Positions 15,213 through 24,500 of a stretch of DNA of 59,926 bases are shown here, in pieces. Each line of letters starts with the position of its first letter. Position 1 is the stretch's first letter. Made by a program: the position numbers and the translations under genes. Origin of the DNA: a virus; the IMG/VR virus record IMGVR_UViG_3300045988_082950, positions 1-59,926 of that record. One strand, 5' to 3'. The notes below the pieces were generated by a model. That model was given only the letters and a program-made list of their open reading frames with translations. It had not been told where the DNA came from and searched no databases.

Positions 15213-15557
15213 GGTAAAAGCTTAAAAATAGTACATTTTGAAACAGGAGGAAGCGGTAATTATAAAACTGCAAACATCATTTTTGATGTTTCCAATTTTT
15301 CAACACTACATTTTGACGGAACTGGTGGAATAGGTAGTGGCGGTTTTGCTGTTTTGGGAGGAAGTGGTATTAATATACCATATGGCACTAGGCAATGTAG
15401 TCTTACTAATTCAGTTACATTGGAATCAATCGGTGATGGTGGATCTAGTAAAAAAGAATATGATATATCTAAGTATTCTTATATAAGACTATATATGAGA
15501 GGAACTCCTGAAGGATATGATTATATAAAATACTTTAGTAATATTTCATTTTCATAA
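15213..15557 (+). other. silent alternative C-terminal cassette for gene 15581-16189 (promoterless, start-less ORF)
   Basis: The frame opened by the left repeat (..ELNSNLS) continues GKSLKIVHFETGGSGNYKTANIIFDVSNF...YIKYFSNISFS to a stop at 15555-15557. There is no RBS or start of its own, and it points toward the expressed C-terminus. Confidence 0.65.
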
Positions 15558-15580
15558 TGTTTTTTAACATATCATGTTGC

Positions 15581-16189
15581 TTATTCAATTCCAAATATCA
15601 TAGTTGCACCATTGTTATGATATCTGCAAGATATATTTACACTATTCTTATCACCAACATTAATTATATATGCAGAACAAGCACCTGCGACGCTTGTTCT
15701 GCTACTTCTTTGTTGACCTAATTGTACTGTAGTACCTCTACTGGTAGAACATCCCCAATCTAGTGGATTATCATTATTGGAACCATAGCACATTACTAAT
15801 AGATATTGACTATATCCAGATACCGACACGTTGGTTATACCACTATCTTGTGCAGATGAATGTAGTTTTTTAAACGAAATTTGTTTACTTAAATTACTAT
15901 TTAATGCCTTAACTGCCAATGCCCCAGCAATATATCCAGACTGCGTATTTGCCTTGATTGTTTCTAAATTGTCAATAATCTTGCTTGCATCTGCCGCATT
16001 GTTCACAGCAGTATTTGTAGCATTTATCTGCGCCGCCCCGAATGTGCTACCAACCTGTGTATATTCTGTCACATCTTCAAAACTGACTGTACCATCACCG
16101 TTCTGAATCATGTTGAATCTACGCTTCCCGTTCATATTTTCTTTCAATATATCGTCCTTAAAATTGACAGGTAAATTTGCCTTTGCCAT
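15581..16189 (-). CDS. distal tail/fibre protein with exchangeable C-terminal domain (putative receptor-binding protein)
   Basis: AGGGAGGT lies 8 nt before the ATG. The N-terminal ~95 aa are paralogous to 20499-20798. The right repeat arm lies in codons ALNSNLS, after which the 101-aa C-terminal domain begins. Confidence 0.7.
   Translation of the reverse strand: MAKANLPVNFKDDILKENMNGKRRFNMIQNGDGTVSFEDVTEYTQVGSTFGAAQINATNTAVNNAADASKIIDNLETIKANTQSGYIAGALAVKALNSNLSKQISFKKLHSSAQDSGITNVSVSGYSQYLLVMCYGSNNDNPLDWGCSTSRGTTVQLGQQRSSRTSVAGACSAYIINVGDKNSVNISCRYHNNGATMIFGIE
15887..15905. repeat. inverted repeat, right arm
   Basis: acttaaattactatttaat is the reverse complement of 15194-15212 (19/19). Confidence 0.9.
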
Positions 16190-16344
16190 TATTTTATACC
16201 TCCCTTTTCTTCCCCTAATCTCATGGGCAATCTATACATTGTAGGTTCGGTCACTGTCTCCTTGACAGCAACCGATATTTTAAATGTTTCCTTTGTATTT
16301 ACTGGATTCTTGGAAATTGTAACATTTGTTATTACTACACCCAT
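16189..16344 (-). CDS. hypothetical small tail-module protein (51 aa)
   Basis: MGVVITNVTISKNPVNTKETFKISVAVKE...YRLPMRLGEEKGGIK. Echoes the C-termini of the two upstream genes (ISPNPVSTGEVFTVTVKA; LPFRLG). TAATG overlap with the next gene. Confidence 0.4.
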   Translation of the reverse strand: MGVVITNVTISKNPVNTKETFKISVAVKETVTEPTMYRLPMRLGEEKGGIK

Positions 16345-16353
16345 AAGCACCGC

Positions 16354-17265
16354 CTAATCCGTAGCCTTAACGGTTACTGTAAATACTTCTCCTGTGCTTA
16401 CTGGGTTCGGGCTGATTTCTACAGAATTGATAACTGGTGCCACTGTATCTAATGTCACAATTCTTGTAACGCTGGAAGAAAGACCACCGTTATCTGTGGC
16501 AGTGACAACAATTGTATTCGCTCCCTCTGCAAGAGTAATTGTTGTGTTGAAATTACCGCTTGAATCTACTGTGACATTAGCAGCCGTACCGCCATTTAAC
16601 TTAACTGTAACCGATTTAATTCCAGTTGTAACATCACTGGTCTTGCCTGTTACTACACAAGATTCGTTATTGGTAACAAGATTATTAGTCGGTGCAGATA
16701 CAGATAGTGTAGGTGGCGTTGCGTCCACCTTAAACGTTACTGTACGCTGTGTGGCGGAATTTCCGTCATTGTCCTTGGCATTTACCTTGATAGTGTGGTT
16801 TCCGTCTGTAAGAGCCGTAGGAATCGCATAAGAGCATGAATATCCATTTGTTATTGCGGTTTTTGTGATTCCACTTGTCACAGAACTACCGCTGTCAACT
16901 GTAATGCTGATACTGTCAGAATTAACACCGCTGTCTGCATCTGTAACAGTAAAATTAACTGTAGGCTTTGTGTTATTAGTTACTTGGCTTTCTGTAGGAG
17001 AGCTAATTACAATGGCTGGTGCAGTGGTTTCTTTTACTTTTAATTTTAGCTTGTTTCCAAGTGTTGCGTTAGTATCGTTGATTGTGGTACTGTTTCCTGC
17101 ACTGTCTGTAGCCTTAATCGTTACAGGGAAGTAATGACCGCTGTTATTATTGTATGAACTTGTACTTGGTGCTGTAACACTTGCTTCATACAATCCAGTA
17201 GAGCTATTCAGGGTCAGATTGTATGTAGTACCTTTGATTGTTGCTTGTACGCTTGATATAGCCAT
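16354..17265 (-). CDS. tail fibre/adhesin-like protein with tandem Ig-like domains
   Basis: Repeated beta-rich units (VTDADSGVNSDSISITVD; HTIKVNAKDNDGNSATQRTVTFKVDATPP; NTIVVTATDNGGLSSSVTRIVTLDTVAP) are typical of bacterial Ig-like domains. Confidence 0.7.
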   Translation of the reverse strand: MAISSVQATIKGTTYNLTLNSSTGLYEASVTAPSTSSYNNNSGHYFPVTIKATDSAGNSTTINDTNATLGNKLKLKVKETTAPAIVISSPTESQVTNNTKPTVNFTVTDADSGVNSDSISITVDSGSSVTSGITKTAITNGYSCSYAIPTALTDGNHTIKVNAKDNDGNSATQRTVTFKVDATPPTLSVSAPTNNLVTNNESCVVTGKTSDVTTGIKSVTVKLNGGTAANVTVDSSGNFNTTITLAEGANTIVVTATDNGGLSSSVTRIVTLDTVAPVINSVEISPNPVSTGEVFTVTVKATD

Positions 17266-17856
17266 TTATATTCTTACCTCCCTAAATGCTCCCAGTCTGA
17301 ATGGCAATTTCCTCAAAGTGGCTTTCTGTCTCTCCAAAAGGTCATTCATTTGCAACGTAGCCGACTCTATACGGTTCAATTCATCCCATTTGATAAATTG
17401 TCCGTTATCAAAGAATCTTTGCGATACGCCGTAGTCCTGTGTGAATATGTTCTTGTTAATTGTGTCTAAATTGGATTCAAAATTATTAAAAGCCGCCGCC
17501 GTAAACCATCCAGTATAATCTTCAATATCTGCGCCCATATCCAAGATTGAAAACTGCTTATATACTTCCTGTGCCAGTTCATACAGATAAGTCAGATTGT
17601 TCTTAATACGGTTATAGTCCACATAATTGAATCGGTCATTTTTAGTCCAATTAGTCTTAGGAGTATGCCATAAGCTTACTTCCGCTACAGTTGTTTTATC
17701 TACGGTTACATTTCCTGCATCATCATAGGCAGACACCGTAACAGGATAATCACCCGATTCTTTAGGTGCTGTAAGGCTTCCAGTATATGTTGAATTGCTA
17801 TGTTTTAAATCGGTTGTATCGTCAGCAACCGCCGCTGTTACTTTAGTTATTGCCAA
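17266..17856 (-). CDS. tail-module protein, N-terminal Ig-like domain paralogous to 16354-17265
   Basis: MAITKVTAAV...YTGSLTAPKESGDYPVTVSAYDDAGNVT aligns with MAISSVQATI...YEASVTAPSTSS..FPVTIKATDSAGNST. TTG start. Confidence 0.65.
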   Translation of the reverse strand: MAITKVTAAVADDTTDLKHSNSTYTGSLTAPKESGDYPVTVSAYDDAGNVTVDKTTVAEVSLWHTPKTNWTKNDRFNYVDYNRIKNNLTYLYELAQEVYKQFSILDMGADIEDYTGWFTAAAFNNFESNLDTINKNIFTQDYGVSQRFFDNGQFIKWDELNRIESATLQMNDLLERQKATLRKLPFRLGAFREVRI

Positions 17857-20106
17857 TTACAGCACCGCCTTTCTTGCTTTCATTGTTCCAGACCACGCAC
17901 CATTGAATGATATCTCATTTTGGTACGTCCTAATCATGGTTTCTCCACGGTCTTTTAATTCCAGATAATATAAGTCGTTAGCATCTGTCCTGGGGTCTCC
18001 ACGCCATTTTATCTGATAATCCACATCTCCTAAATAATAGCTTGCAAGCCATTCCTCTAGGTCTTTGGCTAATTCTGTAGTACTGATTAACGGATTTTTC
18101 CATGTCTTAATATCCCCGTTGTCATTATGTGTGACCGTGTAGCCGATTTCTTCGGTAACGTACTCATATCCTTTAATTACATACTTAACAATCGTTTCTT
18201 CCGTCATACCGCTAAACTGTAGAGTCGCATAATAACTGCTACTGTCTGTAATCTGTACCGATATAGTGCTTGGAATCGGATTTCCACCGTCATCTGTTCC
18301 TTTATCAATTACTGCTGTCAGTCCGTAACAGGGATTTTGGAAGTATACCGTATGCGCATTGTTAGCAGGACTAATGGTAATCTCTTCTGTAGAAATATCC
18401 TTATTCTCACTAGACGCACGATACTGTGTCTTTACTACGCTGATAGCCTTGATTTTATTCTGCCTTACTGCTGTAGGGCTTGCTGTCATGTCATTCCTTG
18501 TGATATGGTAGTCAGTGACATCCCCAACAGTGATATTATCTACTGTGATTCTGCTGTTCGGCTGTGCTTTTGTAAATTCTAATACCATCTTGTCAAACAG
18601 ATTGAATTGATCAAATGTAGTGTATTCCAGTTCCCCACCCTGTTCTACCGTGTAGCTGTCCACCTCTAAATCTTGGTAATACGTTGTTACCTTGAATTGC
18701 TTCGGTGCAACATTCCTAAACTCTATCTGTAATCCATACGCTACAAATGCCGCTTCAAGATTAATGGTAATCTTTGGATTCTCTGTAAAAGTTCCGCTTG
18801 CATCTGCTATCTGTGAACTGATATAACCAGTCTTTAAGTAATTGCTGTCAGCAGGCATAAAAAATACAGTTTCGTCCACTTTGGAAAAATCAGAACTGCA
18901 TATTGCATAAGAATCTTTGTCCTCTCCGTTCAGCACATCAGATACATGGCTGTATGATGTTTCTCCATTGGATTCTGCTGTCATGTCGGGTATAAATGAC
19001 GCTTGCATATGGATTTTACTGTTTCTATCCTCGAATAGTACGCAACGCCCTGCATTGGCAATAATCTGTAATGCTTCACTGTGCTTTACTGCTGGCATAG
19101 GATTCTGTACCTTGATATTCTTTAAATATGGGTCTATTGAGTATTCTCTTTCGTCCGTTATTCCTGCATCATTCAGCACATCAATAGCAAGGTCATATAG
19201 GCTTATTCCGTTTTCTCTGTAAAGCCCACGGTAGTACTTACCTGTCAGGTAATCGAACCTGTCTGTTGCAGTAAACTTGGCTTCCGTATCAGTTGCCGAC
19301 CATGTGTGAAGGTAGGTTGTTTCCTCTGGTAGCCATTCTATTTCGCCATTTCCAAAAACATCATATCCGAATTGAATCTTTACTTCCTGTCCGACTTCCA
19401 TGTAAGCAAGTGCGCTGTCTGGATTGTCTGGAGAATAGTATTGATTCTGATTATCAATCGTCAGTGATATATCGTTAGACGGTATTGTATCTGTTATGGA
19501 AGATACATACTGTTTACCGCTGTATTTCTTAACTTCCTTGTTGCTAAATGCATTGACGATACCGCAGTAAAACTGATATATCCTTAGTCTTCCCTGTCCG
19601 TTTACCATTTTGGTAGGCGTGATAATCAGATAGGAAGTGCCGTTGAATACATCTTCTGTCACCCAGTAGCTTTTATCATTACCGCTGTAAGAGCGTGTAA
19701 CGCTGTCATTTTGGACTGTAAAATCAACTGGGTAATATTCTCCCCAGTCTATTGTTAAGCCTTTTATATCAAGCCCTGTAACGCCAGAAAAGGATATATA
19801 GATAGTGCCCAATATGTTAGCTGTAACAATTCCATTATTGTAATAGTCGTTGTTCCGTGGCGGAAGAAAATACATTGTGCCGTCCACCTTGGAAAAATCC
19901 TGCTCCGCTGTGGCGTATACATTATCAACTGTATAATTGTTAAATGGCTTTCTCACGTCCGAAAAGTAAGTAACCGCCGTGCGGCTATCTACAGCAACAT
20001 TTTTCTGCGCCTTTGAATTAATTACACCGATTGTCGCTTTTATATATCCCCTGTTACGCCCTATGCCTTTCATGGACTGCTTATAGGCTTTTGATACGTT
20101 CTGCAT
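17857..20106 (-). CDS. large tail-tip/baseplate structural protein (Tal-like by position)
   Basis: 749 aa, immediately after a small tail protein in the tail-tip operon that begins downstream of the tape-measure region. ATG 20106 follows the upstream TAG by 2 nt. No enzymatic motif recognised. Confidence 0.6.
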   Translation of the reverse strand: MQNVSKAYKQSMKGIGRNRGYIKATIGVINSKAQKNVAVDSRTAVTYFSDVRKPFNNYTVDNVYATAEQDFSKVDGTMYFLPPRNNDYYNNGIVTANILGTIYISFSGVTGLDIKGLTIDWGEYYPVDFTVQNDSVTRSYSGNDKSYWVTEDVFNGTSYLIITPTKMVNGQGRLRIYQFYCGIVNAFSNKEVKKYSGKQYVSSITDTIPSNDISLTIDNQNQYYSPDNPDSALAYMEVGQEVKIQFGYDVFGNGEIEWLPEETTYLHTWSATDTEAKFTATDRFDYLTGKYYRGLYRENGISLYDLAIDVLNDAGITDEREYSIDPYLKNIKVQNPMPAVKHSEALQIIANAGRCVLFEDRNSKIHMQASFIPDMTAESNGETSYSHVSDVLNGEDKDSYAICSSDFSKVDETVFFMPADSNYLKTGYISSQIADASGTFTENPKITINLEAAFVAYGLQIEFRNVAPKQFKVTTYYQDLEVDSYTVEQGGELEYTTFDQFNLFDKMVLEFTKAQPNSRITVDNITVGDVTDYHITRNDMTASPTAVRQNKIKAISVVKTQYRASSENKDISTEEITISPANNAHTVYFQNPCYGLTAVIDKGTDDGGNPIPSTISVQITDSSSYYATLQFSGMTEETIVKYVIKGYEYVTEEIGYTVTHNDNGDIKTWKNPLISTTELAKDLEEWLASYYLGDVDYQIKWRGDPRTDANDLYYLELKDRGETMIRTYQNEISFNGAWSGTMKARKAVL

Positions 20107-20108
20107 AA

Positions 20109-20495
20109 CTACCACCCACAATCTATAAGGTTAAATGATAAAGTCTCGTCTTTGGTTATCATATGCGTAAGTCGGTCAACAAATAGTGGCACGCCTTTTC
20201 TGTCTCCGGGGTACATGGTAATTGTAATCGGATTGCCTGGATTCTTCATATCCTCAAATGTAACAGGAACATAGAACGGTTCTATTGCTTTTAACATCAT
20301 CTGTCTTTGCTCTACCGTAAGTCCTACCCATTTCAGATTATCCAGCTTGTATAAATCTCTTCCGACTCTCTGACCGATAACTGCATTGTTTGCGTTTCTT
20401 CCTGCATTCACTGTGGTAGATATCGTCCATGAAAAGCCGACAGCAGGGCAAGGAAAATCATACCCATTAACATTTAAGAATGAACTCATTGACAT
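20109..20495 (-). CDS. small tail structural protein (possible distal tail protein)
   Basis: Track ORF. The call rests on position only. Confidence 0.5.
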   Translation of the reverse strand: MSMSSFLNVNGYDFPCPAVGFSWTISTTVNAGRNANNAVIGQRVGRDLYKLDNLKWVGLTVEQRQMMLKAIEPFYVPVTFEDMKNPGNPITITMYPGDRKGVPLFVDRLTHMITKDETLSFNLIDCGW

Positions 20496-20498
20496 AGC

Positions 20499-20798
20499 TT
20501 ATCCCTCCAACATTGCCTTAACCACCAGACAATCTACCATGTAACCAGACTGTGTACAGGCTTTTACATCATCCAGTGTAGTCAGAATCTTATTCTTGTC
20601 AGCCGCCGCATTGATAGCTTTGTTCGTGTCATTTATGTTAGATGCTTTAAATTCTCCACCGACCTGTGTATATGTCGTTACATCTTCCAGTGTCACAGTT
20701 CCGTCTGAATTGGTAGTCATTCTGTATCTGCGACGACCACCCATTTTTTTATCCAATATATCGTCCTTAAAATTTGTTGGTTGCGTTGCTTTTGCCAT
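20499..20798 (-). CDS. 99-aa protein, N-terminal-module paralog of 15581-16189
   Basis: MAKATQPTNFKDDILDKKMGGRRRYRMTTNSDGTVTLEDVTTYTQVGGEFKA..INDTNKAINAAAD aligns residue for residue with MAKANLPVNFKDDILKENMNGKRRFNMIQNGDGTVSFEDVTEYTQVGSTFGA.. Confidence 0.7.
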   Translation of the reverse strand: MAKATQPTNFKDDILDKKMGGRRRYRMTTNSDGTVTLEDVTTYTQVGGEFKASNINDTNKAINAAADKNKILTTLDDVKACTQSGYMVDCLVVKAMLEG

Positions 20799-20924
20799 TA
20801 TATCAACCCCCTGTTTACTGTTGTTGCAAAGTATATTGTGAAATGTATTACATTTACATAACTATGAATTTATGTAAAAGAAAAACACCTACGTTATGTA
20901 GATGCTTTTGGTTTTAATTTTAAA

Positions 20925-20986
20925 TAGCGCTAAAAAATGAGCGCTACTTTTTATACATAAAAATAGGACGGTTACACGCCGCCCTA
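20925..20986 (-). terminator. tandem hairpins separating the tape-measure region from the tail-tip operon
   Basis: TAGGGCGG..CCGTCCTA followed by TTTTT on the minus strand (20959-20986), and TAGCGCT-N8-AGCGCTA (20925-20946). Confidence 0.55.
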
Positions 20987-21283
20987 CTTAATTTTCTTCT
21001 TTATTTCTTTTATTTCTGCTTCTATGCTATTCAGTTTGTCGATTACGTCTATGTACCTATCGTCTGCCACATGAGCATATTTTTGATTCTCTTTCATGAG
21101 AAAATCGTTTGATTTGTACTTGGATTCCAGTAATTTGCTGTTACTTTCCCTTGCCTGTATCACTTCTTGCGCCAGCTTCTGAAATTCTCCTGCGCTGTCC
21201 AACTGTTCAAACTCAATCTTTTTAATACGTTTTTCCAGCTCTGTAAGTTTATATTCAATCTCCATATTATCCATAGCAATCAC
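20984..21283 (-). CDS. hypothetical coiled-coil protein
   Basis: Track ORF with heptad-rich sequence. Confidence 0.6.
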   Translation of the reverse strand: MIAMDNMEIEYKLTELEKRIKKIEFEQLDSAGEFQKLAQEVIQARESNSKLLESKYKSNDFLMKENQKYAHVADDRYIDVIDKLNSIEAEIKEIKKKIK

Positions 21284-21514
21284 CTACCAATTTTTCATCA
21301 TTTCTCTTGCTCTTTGATTTGTTTCTTCTATTTCTTGGGTAAGCTGTTTTGCTTCTTTTTCCGACTGTTCAAACGTTTTACCGTACTTTTCAATCTGTTC
21401 CTGTTTCCATTCCTCTTGCTCTTTCGCTATTGCCCTGTTATCTAAATAATTAGCGCATACAATAATTAATATGGCTATCAGTGCAATACCTATACCTGTT
21501 TTTACTTTATTCAT
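21284..21514 (-). CDS. hypothetical membrane-anchored protein
   Basis: GAGAGGGGG precedes ATG 21514. N-terminal TM GIGIALIAILIIVCANYL followed by a charged tail. Confidence 0.6.
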   Translation of the reverse strand: MNKVKTGIGIALIAILIIVCANYLDNRAIAKEQEEWKQEQIEKYGKTFEQSEKEAKQLTQEIEETNQRAREMMKNW

Positions 21515-21586
21515 GTAAAAGCCCCCTCTCATTTTGGCTTATTATACCACTTATGAGAGGAGGATTTCTACAAAAGTTTACATAAC

Positions 21587-24500
21587 TTATGCAAAACTAA
21601 ATCCGTTTCTATTGCTTCTTTCTTCTACAGCGGAAACAAGGCTTCTTCCGTCAATAGAGATTTCTTTACCCTCTCTGACTGCATCTAATATTTCAGAAAG
21701 CAATGTAGCTTCTCTATTATTATCTTCATACGCACGTGAGAAACCTCTATATGCCGCTTCTTCAATTCCTGCCACAATCATTTCATTACTTGCAACCGCT
21801 GTCTTTCCGTTAGAAAACCGTCCTACAAGCTCGTTATGGTTAGCCATGAAAAGTCCGTCCTCTGGGAATCCACCTGTTTGGAATGTAGGTATGCGTGGGA
21901 ATGATACGTTAGGTATATCAATACTAAAGCTAACCCCTGGTATTTTGCTTGCCGCTTCTGCCAGCTTCTTCAATCCGTCTATAGCACGGTTTACAAGACT
22001 TTCTACACCATCAATTACACCGTTCAAGAATCCGATAGCACCATTAGCCGCCGCCTTGAAAGCGTCCTTAAATGCTACTGGTACTTTGCTTAGAACATCA
22101 TCCCATTTCTTCTTAGTAAACCATGGCGCAACATTAACAGTCCACCACTTAGTAAGATTGGCTACCCATTGAGTAGATGTCTCCGTCCACTTAGTATTGA
22201 ACGATTCCTTTACGTTATTGAGTACTTCCAGCCACTTTTCTAATGAGAACCATGGTACAACGCTTTCTTCCCACCATGTAACCAGTGCTGTTCCATTCCA
22301 CCATTCCACCATTTCATCCCATTTGGTCTGCGCCGCTACTAAGATATTCCCCAGCAGTTCAGTCCACTTTTCAACGGTAAACCATGGAAGAACATAGTTT
22401 TCCCAAAATTCGTTAATCTTCTCTGTAAACGTATCGAATAGAGAAGTAAATCCCTCAATGATTCCTAAGAAGATATTTTCGCCTAATGGTTTCATTTCTT
22501 CCGCAGGGGAATGAATACCGAATACATCTTTTATTTTCCCAACAAATTTATCAAAAAATCTGCTTACTACATCACCTATAGTCAATTCTGAGTTGCTATC
22601 TCCCATAGGCTCTGTAATGCCAGCAACTATGTTTTCACCCAGCTCTGAATAGTCTGTAGAATTTGATTCGTCTTTTGCACCTTGGGAATATTCCGAAACC
22701 ATATTCTTTCCACTATCGTATGCCGTATTATTAATAGACTCTAACTGCGTTGTGGCATTGTTTACCATAGCGTCTATCTCTTCTGTAGACATACTAGCAT
22801 TGTCAGAAATTCCGCTTGCGTATTCGCTTGCTACATTCTGCCCATTGGTTCTTGCTGTAGTTTTTGCTTCTTCTGCTCCAATGCTTATTGAGTTGTACAT
22901 TTCTTCATAAAAAGAAGATTGTTCAGAAATAAGGTCTAACTGTTGCTTATTTTCTTTAAGTACGTTGCTAAATTCTTCTACCGCCTGTGAAGCTTTAGAA
23001 ACTTCGTCTTGATACGGCGCAAGATTAGCATTTCCACCGGATTTTTCAAGTTCATCATTGCAGATTCCTGTCCAGTACGCTAAATCTTCTTGTGCTTTAG
23101 AAAGATTCTGTGCGTTTTCCTTGACTTGCATCTGCGCTTCTGCTTCTTGTTTTAATGTTTCTTTCCACTGCTCTGAAATAGCTTCAAGTCTTATTTGTTT
23201 TTCTTTTTGAGTAATTAATTCTTTCAGCTTATCGGTAGTGATTGTCAGTTTTTCATTTTCTGAATCATAGTACTCATTCAGTTCGGGCATTTTGCTAATA
23301 AGTTCTTGTGTGTACTGTGTAAGTAATTTTTGCTCGTCTGCTGTAAGATTTGTCTTACTGCTTAATGCTCCATATTTATCAGCAAGTGTTTCAAGAAAAA
23401 GAATATTTTCATCCTTTGTATTTATCTGTTCTCTAAATGCTTCATTTGTTTCCCTTATTCTGTCTGTAAGGTTTTTTGCTTTTTCTGCTATATTGTTAAA
23501 AGTATCTCCATACTTTTTAGACTGTTCCTCTCCAAATTTAGCAAGCTCTAAGTCTATAAAAGTGCTATCCAACTTATTAGCAAGTAATGTGATTGAAAGA
23601 GGAATTGCAATAGACCATGTAATGCCAGATTCTAATACAGATGCAATCGCAGTATTTATTACACCTTTTAGCTTTTCTGCTATAGACGCACCAAGACCAG
23701 TAAATTTCAGCAGTAATACAGATGTTGTAATTGCTGTTTCAATAGGTGCTGCGCTGAATATTCCTATATAGGTTTCAATTGCGGCATTGATAGCCTGCCA
23801 TATTACTTGACCTACCTTAGACAAAATTCCTTTAAAATCTATCTTCGATATAAAATCTCCTATTTTGTAACCAATATAAGACCATTTTACTTTTTTAAGG
23901 TACGTAATCATGGTATCTAACAAGCCGTTAGCCCATGTATTGATAGTATGTGCCAGTAACCCAAAATCAAAATTTCTAAAGAAAGAGTTTACTCCCTCGG
24001 CTAATGATTCTCCAAAGTTCCTCCAATCAAATGTAGTGCCAAATGAATCAAGGAAATGTAATGCTGAATTTAAGGAATTTGCTATTGTTTTTCCTACATT
24101 ACTAAATAATCTGGGAGATATAAGACCATTAAGGAAATTCGCAAGACCTTTTCCAAAATTATCAGCCTTTTTATATATTTTATTCCAGTCCACATTGTCC
24201 ATAGCCTTGTTAAGAGCCGCATTAATGGTCTTTCCTAATCCCTCTAAGCTCTTAATACCGCTCTCATATCCCTTGAAAATGGTATCTACCTGTACCAGAC
24301 CGCCCTGTGTCTTATCAACTTTGTTTGCTCCGCCGCCTGCACCGCTACCACTTTTATCATTATCTCCAGAGTTAATGTTTAATTCATCAAGAGCAAGTAC
24401 ATTATTTTTCAGTTTTTTAGCGTTCTTTGCCGCATCACCAGTAGCATCTGAAAAATCGTCCATGCCGTCTGCCCAGTCCTCGGCTACACCGCCAGCAGAT

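Noticed and set aside
15090-15557. Reading the 155-aa plus-strand ORF as an ordinary independent gene
   Set aside because: Its 5' third overlaps gene 14452-15168 antisense, and it has no RBS or promoter. Its meaningful part begins exactly at the 19-bp inverted repeat, so it is better explained as a silent cassette (see findings).
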